DNA from: an uncultured Acidobacteriota bacterium
GTDB lineage: Bacteria; Acidobacteriota; JAQAZP01
NCBI GenBank assembly: GCA_963836075.1
Contig: CAWIIB010000001.1
Span: forward strand, 1,024,001-1,088,000
Direction: 5' to 3'
Length of the DNA stretch: 64,000 bases
Shown here: positions 44,323-54,961 of the stretch, in pieces
Layout of the letters: every line of letters starts with the position of its first letter
How positions within the stretch are numbered: position 1 is the stretch's first letter
The notes under the pieces: model-generated
Databases searched by the model: none
Told to the model about the DNA's origin: nothing
Seen by the model: the letters and a program-made list of their open reading frames with translations, nothing else
Translations under genes and position numbers: made by a program

Positions 44323-46019
44323 GCAGACTCACCATCCTGATCCTGCTCTTCTTCGCACTTGCCTGCGTGCCGGCCGCGGTGGCCGCCGGGCCGGAATTGC
44401 CGGTGATCACCGGTGGTCCCGGTGAACTGGTGACCCGCCAACTGGAGAGCCCCGCATCCTGCCCCATGGGCCTGGCCTGGGACGGGGAGCGTCTCTGGGT
44501 TTCCGACCGGCGAGAGGACCGGCTCTATGCCTTTGACGCACTGTCGGGCAGTCTGGTGGCCGAACTGCCCTCCCCCGGCTTCCAGCCCGCCGGGCTGGCC
44601 TGGGACGGCCGCTGCCTCTGGTGCGCGGACCAGGAGGAGGGGAAACTCTATCGCATCGAGCCGGACACCGGCCTGGTGGTGCGCACGGTGGACGCCCCCT
44701 GGCCCAAACCAACCGGCCTGGCCTGGGACGGAGAGCGCCTCTGGGTGGCCGACGAGCGCAAACGGGTGATCTGCCTGGTGGACCCGGCGGACGGCACCAC
44801 CATCCGGTCCTTCCCGGCCCCGGCGGAGTCACCCCAGGGCCTGGCCTGGGACGGCCGCACGCTCTGGTGCAGCGACCGCAAGATGGACCGGGTCCACGGC
44901 ATCAGCCCCGAGGGGGGTGAGGTACTGATCACCCTGCACAGCCCCGGGCCCTACCCCACCGGCCTGGCCTGTGACGGGGGAGACGGCCTCTGGTCCGTGG
45001 ACTACCAGACCGATCGCTGCTCGTCGCTGGAGGTCGGGGGCCGCGGCCCGGCAATCCTGGTGGATGAGCAGCGGCACGCCCGGATCACCGTCACCACCGA
45101 TGTGCTCAACTATGGTCCCGACGTCACGGAAAAGCTGGAGATATACCTTGCTCTGCCCTCGGACCTGCCCGGGCAGCAGTTGATCAACGGCCCGCAGTTC
45201 TCCCCGGAACCAACCCGGATGACCAGCGACCGCTGGGGACAGGCAGTGGCGGTTTTCGAAACCAGCGGGATTGGAGCCGGCACACTGAACCGGGTGGAGA
45301 TGGAGGTGGAGGCGAAGATTTCCCGCACGCGGCATCTGTTCCACCCGGACGACGTGGGACCGCTGGCGGAGATCCCCCCGGCCATCAGCGGGGCCTACCT
45401 GGCGGATGACACCAAGTTCGACCTGCGGCACCCCCTGATCCAGGCCATTGCGAACGAACTGAACGCCGGGGTCGACAACCCCTACTGGATCGCCCGCAAC
45501 ACGTTTCACTACCTGATCGACAACCTGTTCTACGAACTGGCCGGCGGCTGGAACACCGCCCCGGCAGTCCTCGAGCGGGGCAACGGATCCTGCTCCGAGT
45601 ACACCTTCTGTTTCATCGCCCTCTGCCGGGCGGCCGGGCTCCCCGCGCGTTATGCCGGGTCGGTTGTGGTCCGCGGCGATGATGCCAGTTACGACGATGT
45701 GTTTCACCGCTGGGCCGAAGTCTACCTGCCCCGGGTGGGCTGGGTGCCGGTGGATCCCAGCGGCGGTGACGATCCCCTGCCCGCCGACCAGGCGTCCTTC
45801 TTTGGTCAGCTGTCCAACCGCTTCCTGATCACCACCCACGGCGGGGGCGGGTCCGAGTACCTGGGGTGGGACTACAACGGTTCGCAGCGCTGGACCACCC
45901 GGGGCAAGGCCAGGGTGCGCACGGAGACGGTGGCCGACTGGGAGCCGCTGGGCACGGACAAGCCGCCGGTGCCCAACGGGCTCACCACCCGCGGCGGCGA
46001 AACCTGCAGCCGGCCCTGA
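44319..46019 (+). CDS. Secreted beta-propeller plus transglutaminase-like domain protein
   Basis: Five P.GLA(W/C)DG repeats; GSCSEY, HRWAEVY and WVPVDP triad motifs. Confidence 0.85.
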   Translation: MSRLTILILLFFALACVPAAVAAGPELPVITGGPGELVTRQLESPASCPMGLAWDGERLWVSDRREDRLYAFDALSGSLVAELPSPGFQPAGLAWDGRCLWCADQEEGKLYRIEPDTGLVVRTVDAPWPKPTGLAWDGERLWVADERKRVICLVDPADGTTIRSFPAPAESPQGLAWDGRTLWCSDRKMDRVHGISPEGGEVLITLHSPGPYPTGLACDGGDGLWSVDYQTDRCSSLEVGGRGPAILVDEQRHARITVTTDVLNYGPDVTEKLEIYLALPSDLPGQQLINGPQFSPEPTRMTSDRWGQAVAVFETSGIGAGTLNRVEMEVEAKISRTRHLFHPDDVGPLAEIPPAISGAYLADDTKFDLRHPLIQAIANELNAGVDNPYWIARNTFHYLIDNLFYELAGGWNTAPAVLERGNGSCSEYTFCFIALCRAAGLPARYAGSVVVRGDDASYDDVFHRWAEVYLPRVGWVPVDPSGGDDPLPADQASFFGQLSNRFLITTHGGGGSEYLGWDYNGSQRWTTRGKARVRTETVADWEPLGTDKPPVPNGLTTRGGETCSRP

Positions 46020-46723
46020 TGAGATTCGAGCAGACACTCATCCGGGGGCGGCTGATCAAACGCTACAAACGTTTCCTGGCCGATGTGCGGCTGGCCAGCG
46101 GAGCGGTCACCGTCCACTGCCCCAACACCGGCAGCATGATGGGCTGCGCCAGGCCGGGGAGCGCGGTCCGGCTCTCCACCAGCGACAATCCGGGACGCCG
46201 CTATTCCCACACCTGGGAGATGGTCCGCGTGGGCCGGGTCTGGGTCGGCATCAACACCATCCTGGCCAACCGCGTGGCCGCCGAGGCCATTGGCGCGGGC
46301 CTGATCCCCGACCTTGCCGGATACGACCGCCTGGAACGAGAACGCCCCCTGGGCGATTCGTCCCGTGTGGACATCCTGCTCAGTGGCCCTGCCGGCCGGT
46401 GCTGCTACGTGGAGGTGAAGAACGTCACCCTGGCCGAGAACGGCCTGGCGCTCTTCCCCGACGCGGTCACCCTGCGCGGGCTCAAGCATCTCCGGGAACT
46501 GGCCGAGGTGGTTCGAAAGGGCCGGGGCAAGGTTCGCGCAGCCATGCTCTACCTGGTCCAGCGCACCGACTGCCACTCATTTCGAGCCGCCCAGGCCATC
46601 GACCCCGATTACGCCGCCGGGCTGGACCATGCTGCCCGCGCCGGTGTCGAAGTCTACCCCCTCCTGGCCCGGGTCAGCCCCACCGGCATCGCACCGGTCA
46701 AGCTGTTGCCATGGAAAAGGTGA
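46019..46723 (+). CDS. sfsA: SfsA-family DNA/RNA nuclease
   Basis: RYKRFLADV, HCPNTGSM, VEVKNV and FPDAVTLRGLKHL motifs. Confidence 0.93.
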   Translation: MRFEQTLIRGRLIKRYKRFLADVRLASGAVTVHCPNTGSMMGCARPGSAVRLSTSDNPGRRYSHTWEMVRVGRVWVGINTILANRVAAEAIGAGLIPDLAGYDRLERERPLGDSSRVDILLSGPAGRCCYVEVKNVTLAENGLALFPDAVTLRGLKHLRELAEVVRKGRGKVRAAMLYLVQRTDCHSFRAAQAIDPDYAAGLDHAARAGVEVYPLLARVSPTGIAPVKLLPWKR

Positions 46724-46753
46724 CACCCATTAGAGTGCCCCTATATAAAGAAA

Positions 46754-46785
46754 GGGCCTGGGCTGTGCAATCACAACCCAGGCCC
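46754..46785. terminator. Hairpin between convergent sfsA and oadB
   Basis: GGGCCTGGG.TGTG-CAAT-CACA.CCCAGGCCC. Confidence 0.65.
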
Positions 46786-46806
46786 AAAATATTCACTCGA
46801 TACAGC

Positions 46807-47966
46807 TCAGCCGAGCAGGGTGAGGAAGACACCGGCGGCGACGGCGGATCCGATGACACCAGCCACGTTGGGGCCCATGGCCGCCATCAGCGGGTTGACC
46901 TTGCCGTTGGTGCTCTCCGAAACGAAGTTCTGCACCACCCGCGAGGCCATGGGCACCGCGGAGACGCCGGCGGCGCCGATGCAGGGGTTGAGCTTCTTGC
47001 CCTTGGGCAGGAAGAGGTTGATCAGCTTGGCGAAGACCACCCCGCCGAAGGTGCTGAACCCGAAGGCGACCGCCCCGAGCACCAGGATGAACAACGTCTC
47101 GGGCCTGAAGGAACGTCTCACCCACCATGGTGGCGCCCAACGGTGATGCCGAGGAAGATGGTGACGATGTCCACCAGCGAACCGCCGGCCGTTCTGGCCA
47201 GGCGGTCGGTGACCCCGGATTCACGCAGCAGGTTGCCGAACATCAGCATGCCGATCAGCGGCGCGCAGGAGGGGATGGCCAGGGAGGCCAGCATGGCCAC
47301 AGCGATGGGGAAAATGATCACTGCCGTCTTGCGAAACCGGCTTGGCCTGCGGCATGTCGATGGCCCGCTCTTTTTTGGTGGTCAGCATCCGCATGATCGG
47401 CGGCTGGATCACCGGGACCAGTGACATGTAGCTGTAGGCCGCCACGGCAATGGCTCCCAGCAGGTGCGGCGCCAGCTTTGCAGCAAGGTAGATCGAAGTG
47501 GGGCCGTCCGCGCCGCCGATGATCCCGATGGCCGCGGCTTCCTTGATGTCGAAACCGAAGAGGAAGTACGCTCCCAGCGCAGCGACAAAGATGCCGAACT
47601 GCGCCGAAGCGCCAAGGAGGAAGGTGATCGGCCGGGCCAGCAGGGGGCGAAAATCGGTCAACGCCCCCACGCCCATGAAGATCACCGGCGGAAGAAACTC
47701 GGTCTTGATCCCCGCGTCGTAGACCATCTGCAGCAGCGGGTGAATCCCGGTGTGCACGCGGCTGCACCTTCGCTGGTGGCCCCGAGCATGGCCAGCGGCA
47801 GGTTGGCCAGGATGGCCCCGAGACCGATGGGAATCAGGAGCAACGGCTCGTAGTTCTTGCGAATCGCCAGAAAGATCAGCACCCCGCCGATGACGAACAT
47901 CACCAGGTTCTGCCAACTCAGGCTGGCAAACCCCGAGCCGCGTATAAGCGTCTCAAAGGCTTCCAT
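46807..47966 (-). CDS. oadB: Na+-translocating decarboxylase beta subunit (about three frame breaks)
   Basis: [59 protein letters not shown] and [10 protein letters not shown] spread across four ORF pieces. Confidence 0.9.
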
Positions 47967-47967
47967 C

Positions 47968-49834
47968 TCAACCTCCGATCGTCATGATCGCCATGCCGGC
48001 CATAACATCGTCACCCAGCGAGGCATCGATGCTCAGCACCTTCCCGCGCACAGGGAGCCTTTACGTCGTGCTTGGCCTTCATCGCTTCCACCGAGGCCAC
48101 CACCTGGCCCTCGGAGACCGCATCACCCACCTTGATCTTGATCTCCACCAGCTCCGACTTCCCTTCGAAAGGCGAGAAGACCGGCGTGCCGTTTGATGGA
48201 CCCGCGGCCGGGGCGGCGGCCGCGGCGGACGGGGCCGCAGCGGCCATGCCGGCGGGCGGCTCGATGGTGATCTTGAAGTTGCGGGTATTGGCGCCGTCCA
48301 CCACCGTGCAGGTGGTGGTCACCGGGCCGGTGAAGACCGGTGCGGCTGCCGGAGCGGCCACGGCCGCCGGAGCAGCAGCGGCTGGTTTGGCGGGCTCTTC
48401 CTTCTTCTTCAGCGGGAGCACGATCTTCGCCTTGCCGGTGAGCAGCCGGATCCCTTCGTTGAGATCCATGTTCTTGCCCGGGATGATCGCCGCGGCCACG
48501 AGGAAGATGTTCTCCTCGGTGACCGGCAGGCCGCGTTCCTTGAGTGCTTCCTCGGCCGGTCCGAGGCTGTCCGGCGCGGCGTCCAGCGGGTCACCGTCGA
48601 ACGGCGGCTTGTCCATCTGCTTGGCGGCAATCTCCACCACCTGGGGATCGGGCGGCAGGGGGGTCTTGCCGAAGTAGCCGAGGACGGCCTTGCCATAGCC
48701 GTCATTGATTTTCTCCCAGCGGCCGTGGAGCACATTGTTGAAGGCCTGCAGCCAGTACTGCTGGCTGCCCGGGGTCACACTGGTCCAGGCGCCGCCGGCC
48801 TTGACCACCACCGGGAATTCGGCGAGCACTTCGTTGTATCTGTCGAGGATCCCGGCCTCGCTCATCATGTGCACGTTGGGGCCGATGGCGCCGCCCGGCA
48901 TGGGGAAGCCCACCACCCGGGCATCGGCCGTGGTGGTCACCGGGTTGAAGAAATAGTCCTTCAACCCCTCATTGAGCATGTTCTCGATCTCGCCCATCTT
49001 GGAAACATCGATGTCCAGCGAATAACCGGTGTTCTTCAGACCGTGGTCCATGGAGCGGACGTCCGGCTGCACCGTGCCGCTGGCCATCGGCCGGCAGGAA
49101 AGATCGATACCGTCCACGCCGCCTTCGATGCCGGCCATGTACTGGGCCACACCCAGGCTGGCGGTGTCGTGGGTGTGCTGCCAGAGGATCACATCCGGCG
49201 GCAGGATCGCCTTGATCCCCTTGGCCGTCTCGTAGCAGGTCTTGGGGTCGGTGGTGCCCGAGGCGTCCTTCATGCAGATCGAGTCCACCTTCATCCCGCT
49301 GTCGATGATCCGCCTGGCGATATCGATGTAGAACGCCGGCGTGTGAACCGTGTCGTCGTGGAAGGGCAGCCCCATCAGGGCCACGCAGACCTGGTGGTGC
49401 ATGCCGCTGTCGATGATCGACTGGCCGGTCTTGATCAGGTTCTCCACATCGTTCATGTAGTCGAAGTTGCGGTCCCAGGTGGTGGCGTGCTTCCGCATCA
49501 GCTTGGCCTGCAGCGACAGCGCCTTCAGCCTCTGGGTGGTCAGGGTCACACCGGACACCGAACGGGTCAGGATCTGCAGGTCGGCGTCAGGGCCCACGGC
49601 CTCGCGCATCTTGTCCTGGCACTCGAAGGGATCCTCACCGACGTAGAAGTACGGCGCCTGGTAACGGGCGCCCCCGCCGAACTCGAAGTGGCGGATCTTG
49701 GCCTCCCTGGCCGAAAACTCCATTGCCGGCAGAATGTCCTTCAGCCGGGCTTTGCCGCCGAATGAACTCTGCAATCCGTCACGAAACGGGGTGAACATCA
49801 CCCTGATCTTCTTCGCCTTTTCAGTGAAGATCAT
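47968..49834 (-). CDS. oadA: Biotin-dependent carboxyltransferase/decarboxylase alpha subunit with biotinyl domain (frame break near 48047)
   Basis: FRDGLQS, CMKDASG, HTHDT, MPGGAIG, SVTPGSQ, Ala/Pro linker and EAMKA; corrected C-terminus GKVLSIDASLGDDV...TIGG. Confidence 0.8.
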
Positions 49835-50043
49835 GACTCCTCCTCAATACGCGTTACCCTGGCACCGGGGATCAATGTGGAAACCGTGCTGGAAATGGCA
49901 GCAACCATGGCCGAATCCAGAACGGCTTTGCGCTCCGGAAAAGCCGCCATGATCAACTGCATGACAACCGCTAGAAAGGCCAGAAGCACGAACACCGCCA
50001 GGAAGGCGATGCTGCAGGCCGAGAGAATGTGTACCTCGCCCAA
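49831..50043 (-). CDS. oadG: Decarboxylase gamma subunit (OadG-like)
   Basis: TTG start after GGAGG; one TM helix (AFLAVFVLLAFLA), VAAIS motif; stop overlaps the alpha start. Confidence 0.7.
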   Translation of the reverse strand: MGEVHILSACSIAFLAVFVLLAFLAVVMQLIMAAFPERKAVLDSAMVAAISSTVSTLIPGARVTRIEEES

Positions 50044-50214
50044 AACTCTCCTCCGCTCCTGTTCGGCAATGAAGATGAGCGCTGCCGGCCGCCGTTCCGG
50101 CCGCGCCCGGTATGGCACCTGCGACCGGTGATTCGGCGGGGCCGATCGCGCCCCAAAGCATACACCCGGCGCCTGTTCGTGGCAACACCGCCGGGCGATT
50201 TTTTGAGATTTTTG

Positions 50215-51204
50215 CTATTTTTTTATAAGAAGGCTGTCACAGGAGGATTCAAAGGCCAGGCGGCCGCCGGTCACCGGCTCGTCATGGCCCTCCATGCGCA
50301 GTGTCAGATCGGCCTCGATGGAGAGTACCCGGCCGGCAGCCAGGGGTGCGGGCCACGGATCTTCAGCTCCCCGCTCACCCTCACTCTCGTCCCACACCCT
50401 TACCCGCCGCCCCACCACCAGCGAGGCCTCCCGATAGGCATGAAGCAGCGACTCTCCGCCCCCGGCCAGCAGCTCCAGGTGCCGCTGGCCCAGCGCCTCC
50501 AGAAGATGCCGCAATACACTGATAAAAGACGGCTTATCGCTTCCGGAGAACTCGTGCAGCGCGCCGGTGCGGGGCACGAAGGGCGTGGGCGCCACCCGGG
50601 GAGCGATGGACACGTTGAGGCCGATGCCCAGAGTGACCGCCTCCACCAGGTTCCCCCGGGTCTGGGTGGTGGTGAGCACTCCGGCGACTTTTCGCCCCTC
50701 AACGAGAATGTCGTTAACCCACTTGATTCCCGGCGCAACGAGATCATTGCCGGCCGCCCGAACGGCATCCACCACCGCCACGGCGGGGAGCATGATCAGC
50801 AGGGGCAGGGTGCCGACCGCCGGGAGGTTCACCGGCAATCCCACCGAGAGGTGGATGTTTCCAGCCTCAGCAGCCCAGGTCCGGCCCCGGTGGCCGTGGA
50901 ACCCGCTCCCGGCCAACGCCAGGCAGGCCACCGGCCCCAGTTGCGGGTCACCGCGCAGCAACCCGTGGAGCGTATCGAACTGGGAGGCCGGTGCGTCACC
51001 GATCACCAGCAGGCAGCGCCAGAAGCCCCCTGGAGGCAGCGAAGCAGCCAGCCGGCAGGTCCAGGCATGAGGACCGGTGCCCATGACCTGCCAGAGCGCC
51101 GCCGCCCGTGGCGGAAGTTCCTCCGCCGGGGTGCGGGTCCACTGCCGGCCTCGGGGAAGGAGGCCGCTGCAGCGACGGGGAGCATCGGTGAGGATAAGGC
51201 ACAT
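50215..51204 (-). CDS. birA: Biotin--protein ligase
   Basis: GHRGRTW, IKWVNDILVEGRKVAGVL and GIGLNV; adjacent to biotin enzyme operon. Confidence 0.85.
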   Translation of the reverse strand: MCLILTDAPRRCSGLLPRGRQWTRTPAEELPPRAAALWQVMGTGPHAWTCRLAASLPPGGFWRCLLVIGDAPASQFDTLHGLLRGDPQLGPVACLALAGSGFHGHRGRTWAAEAGNIHLSVGLPVNLPAVGTLPLLIMLPAVAVVDAVRAAGNDLVAPGIKWVNDILVEGRKVAGVLTTTQTRGNLVEAVTLGIGLNVSIAPRVAPTPFVPRTGALHEFSGSDKPSFISVLRHLLEALGQRHLELLAGGGESLLHAYREASLVVGRRVRVWDESEGERGAEDPWPAPLAAGRVLSIEADLTLRMEGHDEPVTGGRLAFESSCDSLLIKK

Positions 51205-51211
51205 ACCCGGC

Positions 51212-52129
51212 TCAATCGCCTTCGCCGGCCGGCTGGGGGACGGCCACGGTGAGCACCGCCGTCCAGCTGGAGGCCACCACCTTTTCCACGGTGGAGCCGA
51301 GGAAGTGGGGGCCGCCATCGCCCAGGCCGCTTCCGGCGATCACCACCAGGCCGGCGCCGGTTTCCGCGGCGTGGCGGACGATCTCGGCATGCGGCCGGCC
51401 CTCGAGCACGGTGTATTCCACCCGCAGGCCCGGCGGGCAGTTCCCGGCCACCTCTTCCCGCATCTTCTCCAGACAGCGTTCCTCGAGATTGGCCTCCAGG
51501 ACGGTTACCCTCGCCTCGGGGTAGAACACGGGATAGTCGGGCTTCTCCATCACGTGAACCACGTCCAGCACCGCAAAGTACGATGAGGCCAGTTCAGCAG
51601 CCACGGCGAGCGCCCGTCGCGAGCCGTGGGAAAAGTCCACCGGCACCACCAGACGGCCGTTTCCGGATGAGAGCTGCGGCAGGTCCAGGCCTTCCCGAAC
51701 CGTGTACACCGGGACCGGGGAAAGGCGGATGACCTGGGAAGCCACACTGCCCAGCAGCATCCGCCCCATCCATCCGCGACCGTGGGTGCCCATGACCAGC
51801 AGGTCGTAGTCCCCACTGCGCAGGGTGTTGAGGATCTCCTCCGATGGGGAGAATCCGCGAACGATTGCCGTCTCCACCTCGAGGGCCCCTGCCCTGCCGG
51901 CCGCCGTCTGTTCCAGGTGCTCGGCGCCCCGGCCCTGAAAGCGGTCGAGCAGGGCCTCCATCTCCCGGCGGTCGCTCTCCGCCGGCGATGTGTCGAGCAT
52001 GACCTGAACGTGGAGCAGGGTCACCGACGCGTCAAACGCCCGGGCCAGGCCCAGGCAGTGCTCCAGCGCCTGGTCGGCGCAGTCGGAGAAGTCGGTGGGG
52101 AATAAAATCTTTTTCACAGTGCTAAGCAT
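51212..52129 (-). CDS. Tandem universal stress protein
   Basis: ILFPTDFS...MGTHGR...LLGSVA, then VVPVDFS...FLGSTVE. Confidence 0.92.
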   Translation of the reverse strand: MLSTVKKILFPTDFSDCADQALEHCLGLARAFDASVTLLHVQVMLDTSPAESDRREMEALLDRFQGRGAEHLEQTAAGRAGALEVETAIVRGFSPSEEILNTLRSGDYDLLVMGTHGRGWMGRMLLGSVASQVIRLSPVPVYTVREGLDLPQLSSGNGRLVVPVDFSHGSRRALAVAAELASSYFAVLDVVHVMEKPDYPVFYPEARVTVLEANLEERCLEKMREEVAGNCPPGLRVEYTVLEGRPHAEIVRHAAETGAGLVVIAGSGLGDGGPHFLGSTVEKVVASSWTAVLTVAVPQPAGEGD

Positions 52130-52275
52130 CCTGCCGGTCTCCCTGGACAGACGGCTGGCGGCAGAGGAACTGCCGCATCACGCCGCGATTATGGCAGCAA
52201 TTGTATCACAGACCAGCCGGCGAACCACCGGGCCGGACCCCTGACACGATTCGAAAAGGGTAGCCGGCGGCAGGA

Positions 52276-52305
52276 TTGACAGCTTGTCTATGACATTTAT
52301 ATAAT
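52276..52305 (+). promoter_or_regulatory. Sigma70-like promoter upstream of the cupin gene
   Basis: TTGACA-N18-TATAAT. Confidence 0.6.
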
Positions 52306-52419
52306 TAAACTTCAGTTCGGTTCAGGGATTGAACCCCCCCGGGTCTTCCGACACTTGAACCGGGCTTCGCCGGAAAGTGGAGAGGGACCGGGAAACCCAC
52401 AGTCAGAGGTTCGGGAAAC

Positions 52420-52761
52420 GTGGCAGGAAAAAGACCAAAAAAATACAATGTCGACTCGATCCGCGACAAAATCGTGGTCAACTGGTCGCCGATCAACATC
52501 GCGCGGGTCAATGATTGCGTGGTGCGCATCGTCAGGATCAAGGACGAATTCACCTGGCATACCCACGAACACGAGGACGAATTCTTCCTGATCATGGAAG
52601 GAAGCGCAGTGATCCAGACCGAGGATGGGAACGTGCACCTGGAAGCAGGGGAAGGCGTCCTCATACCCCACGGGCTTCGGCACTGCACCCGTTCCGACAA
52701 CGGTGCGGTGATGCTCGTCTTCGAACCCTGGACCACCAAAACGAGGGGCGACCAGGGATAG
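52420..52761 (+). CDS. Cupin-domain protein
   Basis: WSP, WHTHEHEDEFF and IPHGLRH motifs. Confidence 0.88.
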   Translation: MAGKRPKKYNVDSIRDKIVVNWSPINIARVNDCVVRIVRIKDEFTWHTHEHEDEFFLIMEGSAVIQTEDGNVHLEAGEGVLIPHGLRHCTRSDNGAVMLVFEPWTTKTRGDQG

Positions 52762-52847
52762 CATCCTTCCCGTCCGGCGATTAAATTTCATCAGGTTGGC
52801 CGACCGGCGGCAAAACAACCGGAATCACACAGGAAACTATACCTGCC

Positions 52848-53018
52848 ATGGGTAATCTGGGATCCAAATTCACTCTGCTCGGCGACATCTGGACCTTTCT
52901 CAAGGTCCGCAAGAAGTGGTGGCTGGCACCGATCATTGTCTTCCTGCTGGTCATGGCAGCCTTGATCGTGCTGACCGAGGGATCGTCGCTGGCGCCATTC
53001 ATCTATGCCATTTTCTGA
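52848..53018 (+). CDS. DUF5989/SxtK-like small membrane protein (56 aa, absent from ORF track)
   Basis: MGNLGSKFTLLGDIWTFLKVRKKWWLAPII...GSSLAPFIYAIF. Confidence 0.88.
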   Translation: MGNLGSKFTLLGDIWTFLKVRKKWWLAPIIVFLLVMAALIVLTEGSSLAPFIYAIF

Positions 53019-53088
53019 CCCCGGGCAACAGAGCCATTCACCACACCGGGTGCGCCGAACCGTACAGCGGAGTGCGAGTGCAGCAAGA

Positions 53089-54907
53089 ATGAACATTCTG
53101 GGCATATCAGCGTTCTATCACGACAGCGCAGCCGCCCTTGTCTGCGACGGCAAGATCGTCGCCGCGGCCCAGGAGGAGCGGTTCACCCGGCGCAAGCACG
53201 ACCCGGGGTTCCCGGAGAAGGCGATCGCATTCTGCCTCGAGCAGGCGGGAATCAGCGTCGACGACCTCGACCGTGTCTGTTTCTACGACAAGCCGTTCAT
53301 CAAGTTCGAGCGTCTGCTGGAGACCTACCTGGCCTACGCCCCCGCCGGCATCTCCTCGTTCCTCAAGGCGATGCCGCTCTGGATCAAGAAGAAACTCTGG
53401 ATCGGTGAACTGATCCGGAAGACCCTGGGCTATGACGGCCAGATGGTCTACCCCGAACACCACCAGTCCCACGCGGCCTCGGCCTTTCTCCCCTCCCCGT
53501 TCCAGAACGCGGCCATCCTGACCCTTGACGGGGTTGGTGAATGGGCCACCGCCTCCTGGGGCGTGGGGCAGGACAACAAGGTCAACCTGAAGGCCGAGCT
53601 GACCTTCCCGCACAGCCTCGGGCTGCTCTACACCGCCTTTACCTACTACACCGGCTTCAAGGTGAACTCCGGTGAATACAAGGTGATGGGGCTGGCCCCC
53701 TACGGTGAACCGGAATACAAGGACACGATCCTCGAGCATCTGATGGACCTCAAGGAGGACGGCTCCTTCCGGCTGAACATGAAATATTTCAACTACTGCC
53801 AGGGCCTGACCATGACCTCCGAGGCCTTCCACGAGCTGTTCGGCGGACCGCCGCGGCAGCCGGAGTCGGAGCTGACCAGGAAAGAGATGGACCTGGCCCG
53901 CAGTGTCCAGGAAGTGGCCGAGCTGGTGATGCTGCGAATGGCCCGGCACATCCGCAGGGAGACCGGCGAAAAGCATCTCTGCCTCGCCGGGGGCGTGGCC
54001 CTCAACTGCGTGGGCAACGGGAAAATTCTCCGCGAGAAGATCTTCGACCGCATCTGGATCCAGCCGGCGGCCGGCGATGCCGGCGGCGCCCTGGGTGCGG
54101 CCCTCTTCACCTGGTACCACGTGGAAGACAACCCGCGCACGGCCCACGGGGTGCGGGACAGCCAGAGCGGCTCCTACCTCGGACCGGCCTTCAGCGGCGA
54201 CGAGGTGGAAACCTGGCTCAGGGAGCGGGGCTACCCCTACACCCGAATGCCGGCGGACGACATCCCCGCCGTACGTGGCCGAGCAGATCGACAACCAGAA
54301 AGTGATCGGCTGGTTCTCCGGCCCGATGGAGTTCGGGCCCCGGGCCCTCGGTGCGCGCAGCATCATCGGCGATGCCCGCAGCTCCGAAATGCAGTCGATC
54401 ATGAACCTGAAGATCAAGTACCGCGAGTCGTTCCGCCCCTTTGCACCCTCCTGTATCGTGGAAGACGTCAACGAATTCTTCGAGCTGGATGAGCCGTCGC
54501 CCTACATGCTGCTGGTGGCCAACGTCCAGGAGAAGCGGCGGGTGCAGATGACCGAGGAGCAGGAAAGCCTCTTCGGCATCGAAAAGCTGAACATCCCGCG
54601 GAGCGACATCCCGGCCATCACCCATGTGGATCACTCGGCCCGGGTCCAGACCGTCGACGCGCTGGACCACCCGCAATACCACGCGATGATTTCGAACTTC
54701 AAAAAGCGCACCGGATACGGGGTGATCATCAACACCTCGTTCAACGTGCGGGGGGAGCCGATCGTCTGCACCCCCTGGGACGCCTACCTCTGCTTCATGC
54801 GCACGGAGATGGAGGTGCTGGTGCTGGAGGACTGCGTGCTGCACAAAGCAGACCAGCCCGAACTGAGCGAGGAGAAGGACTGGCGCAAGGTATACGAACT
54901 CGATTGA
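53089..54907 (+). CDS. Carbamoyltransferase, CmcH/NodU/SxtI family (frame break near 54270)
   Basis: ILGISAFYHDSAAA, QEERF, EHHQSHAASAF, GEYKVMGLA; C-part EFGPRALG, KYRESFRPFAP, NTSFNVRGEP. Confidence 0.93.
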
Positions 54908-54961
54908 CCTGCTGCCCGGCGAGACCACCCATGCCGGACAGAGCTGGAGAGGGCCCCGAGA

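Noticed and set aside
46807-47966. oadB as a pseudogene or programmed frameshift
   Set aside because: All conserved motifs are retained and similar indels occur in many unrelated genes; assembly error is more parsimonious.
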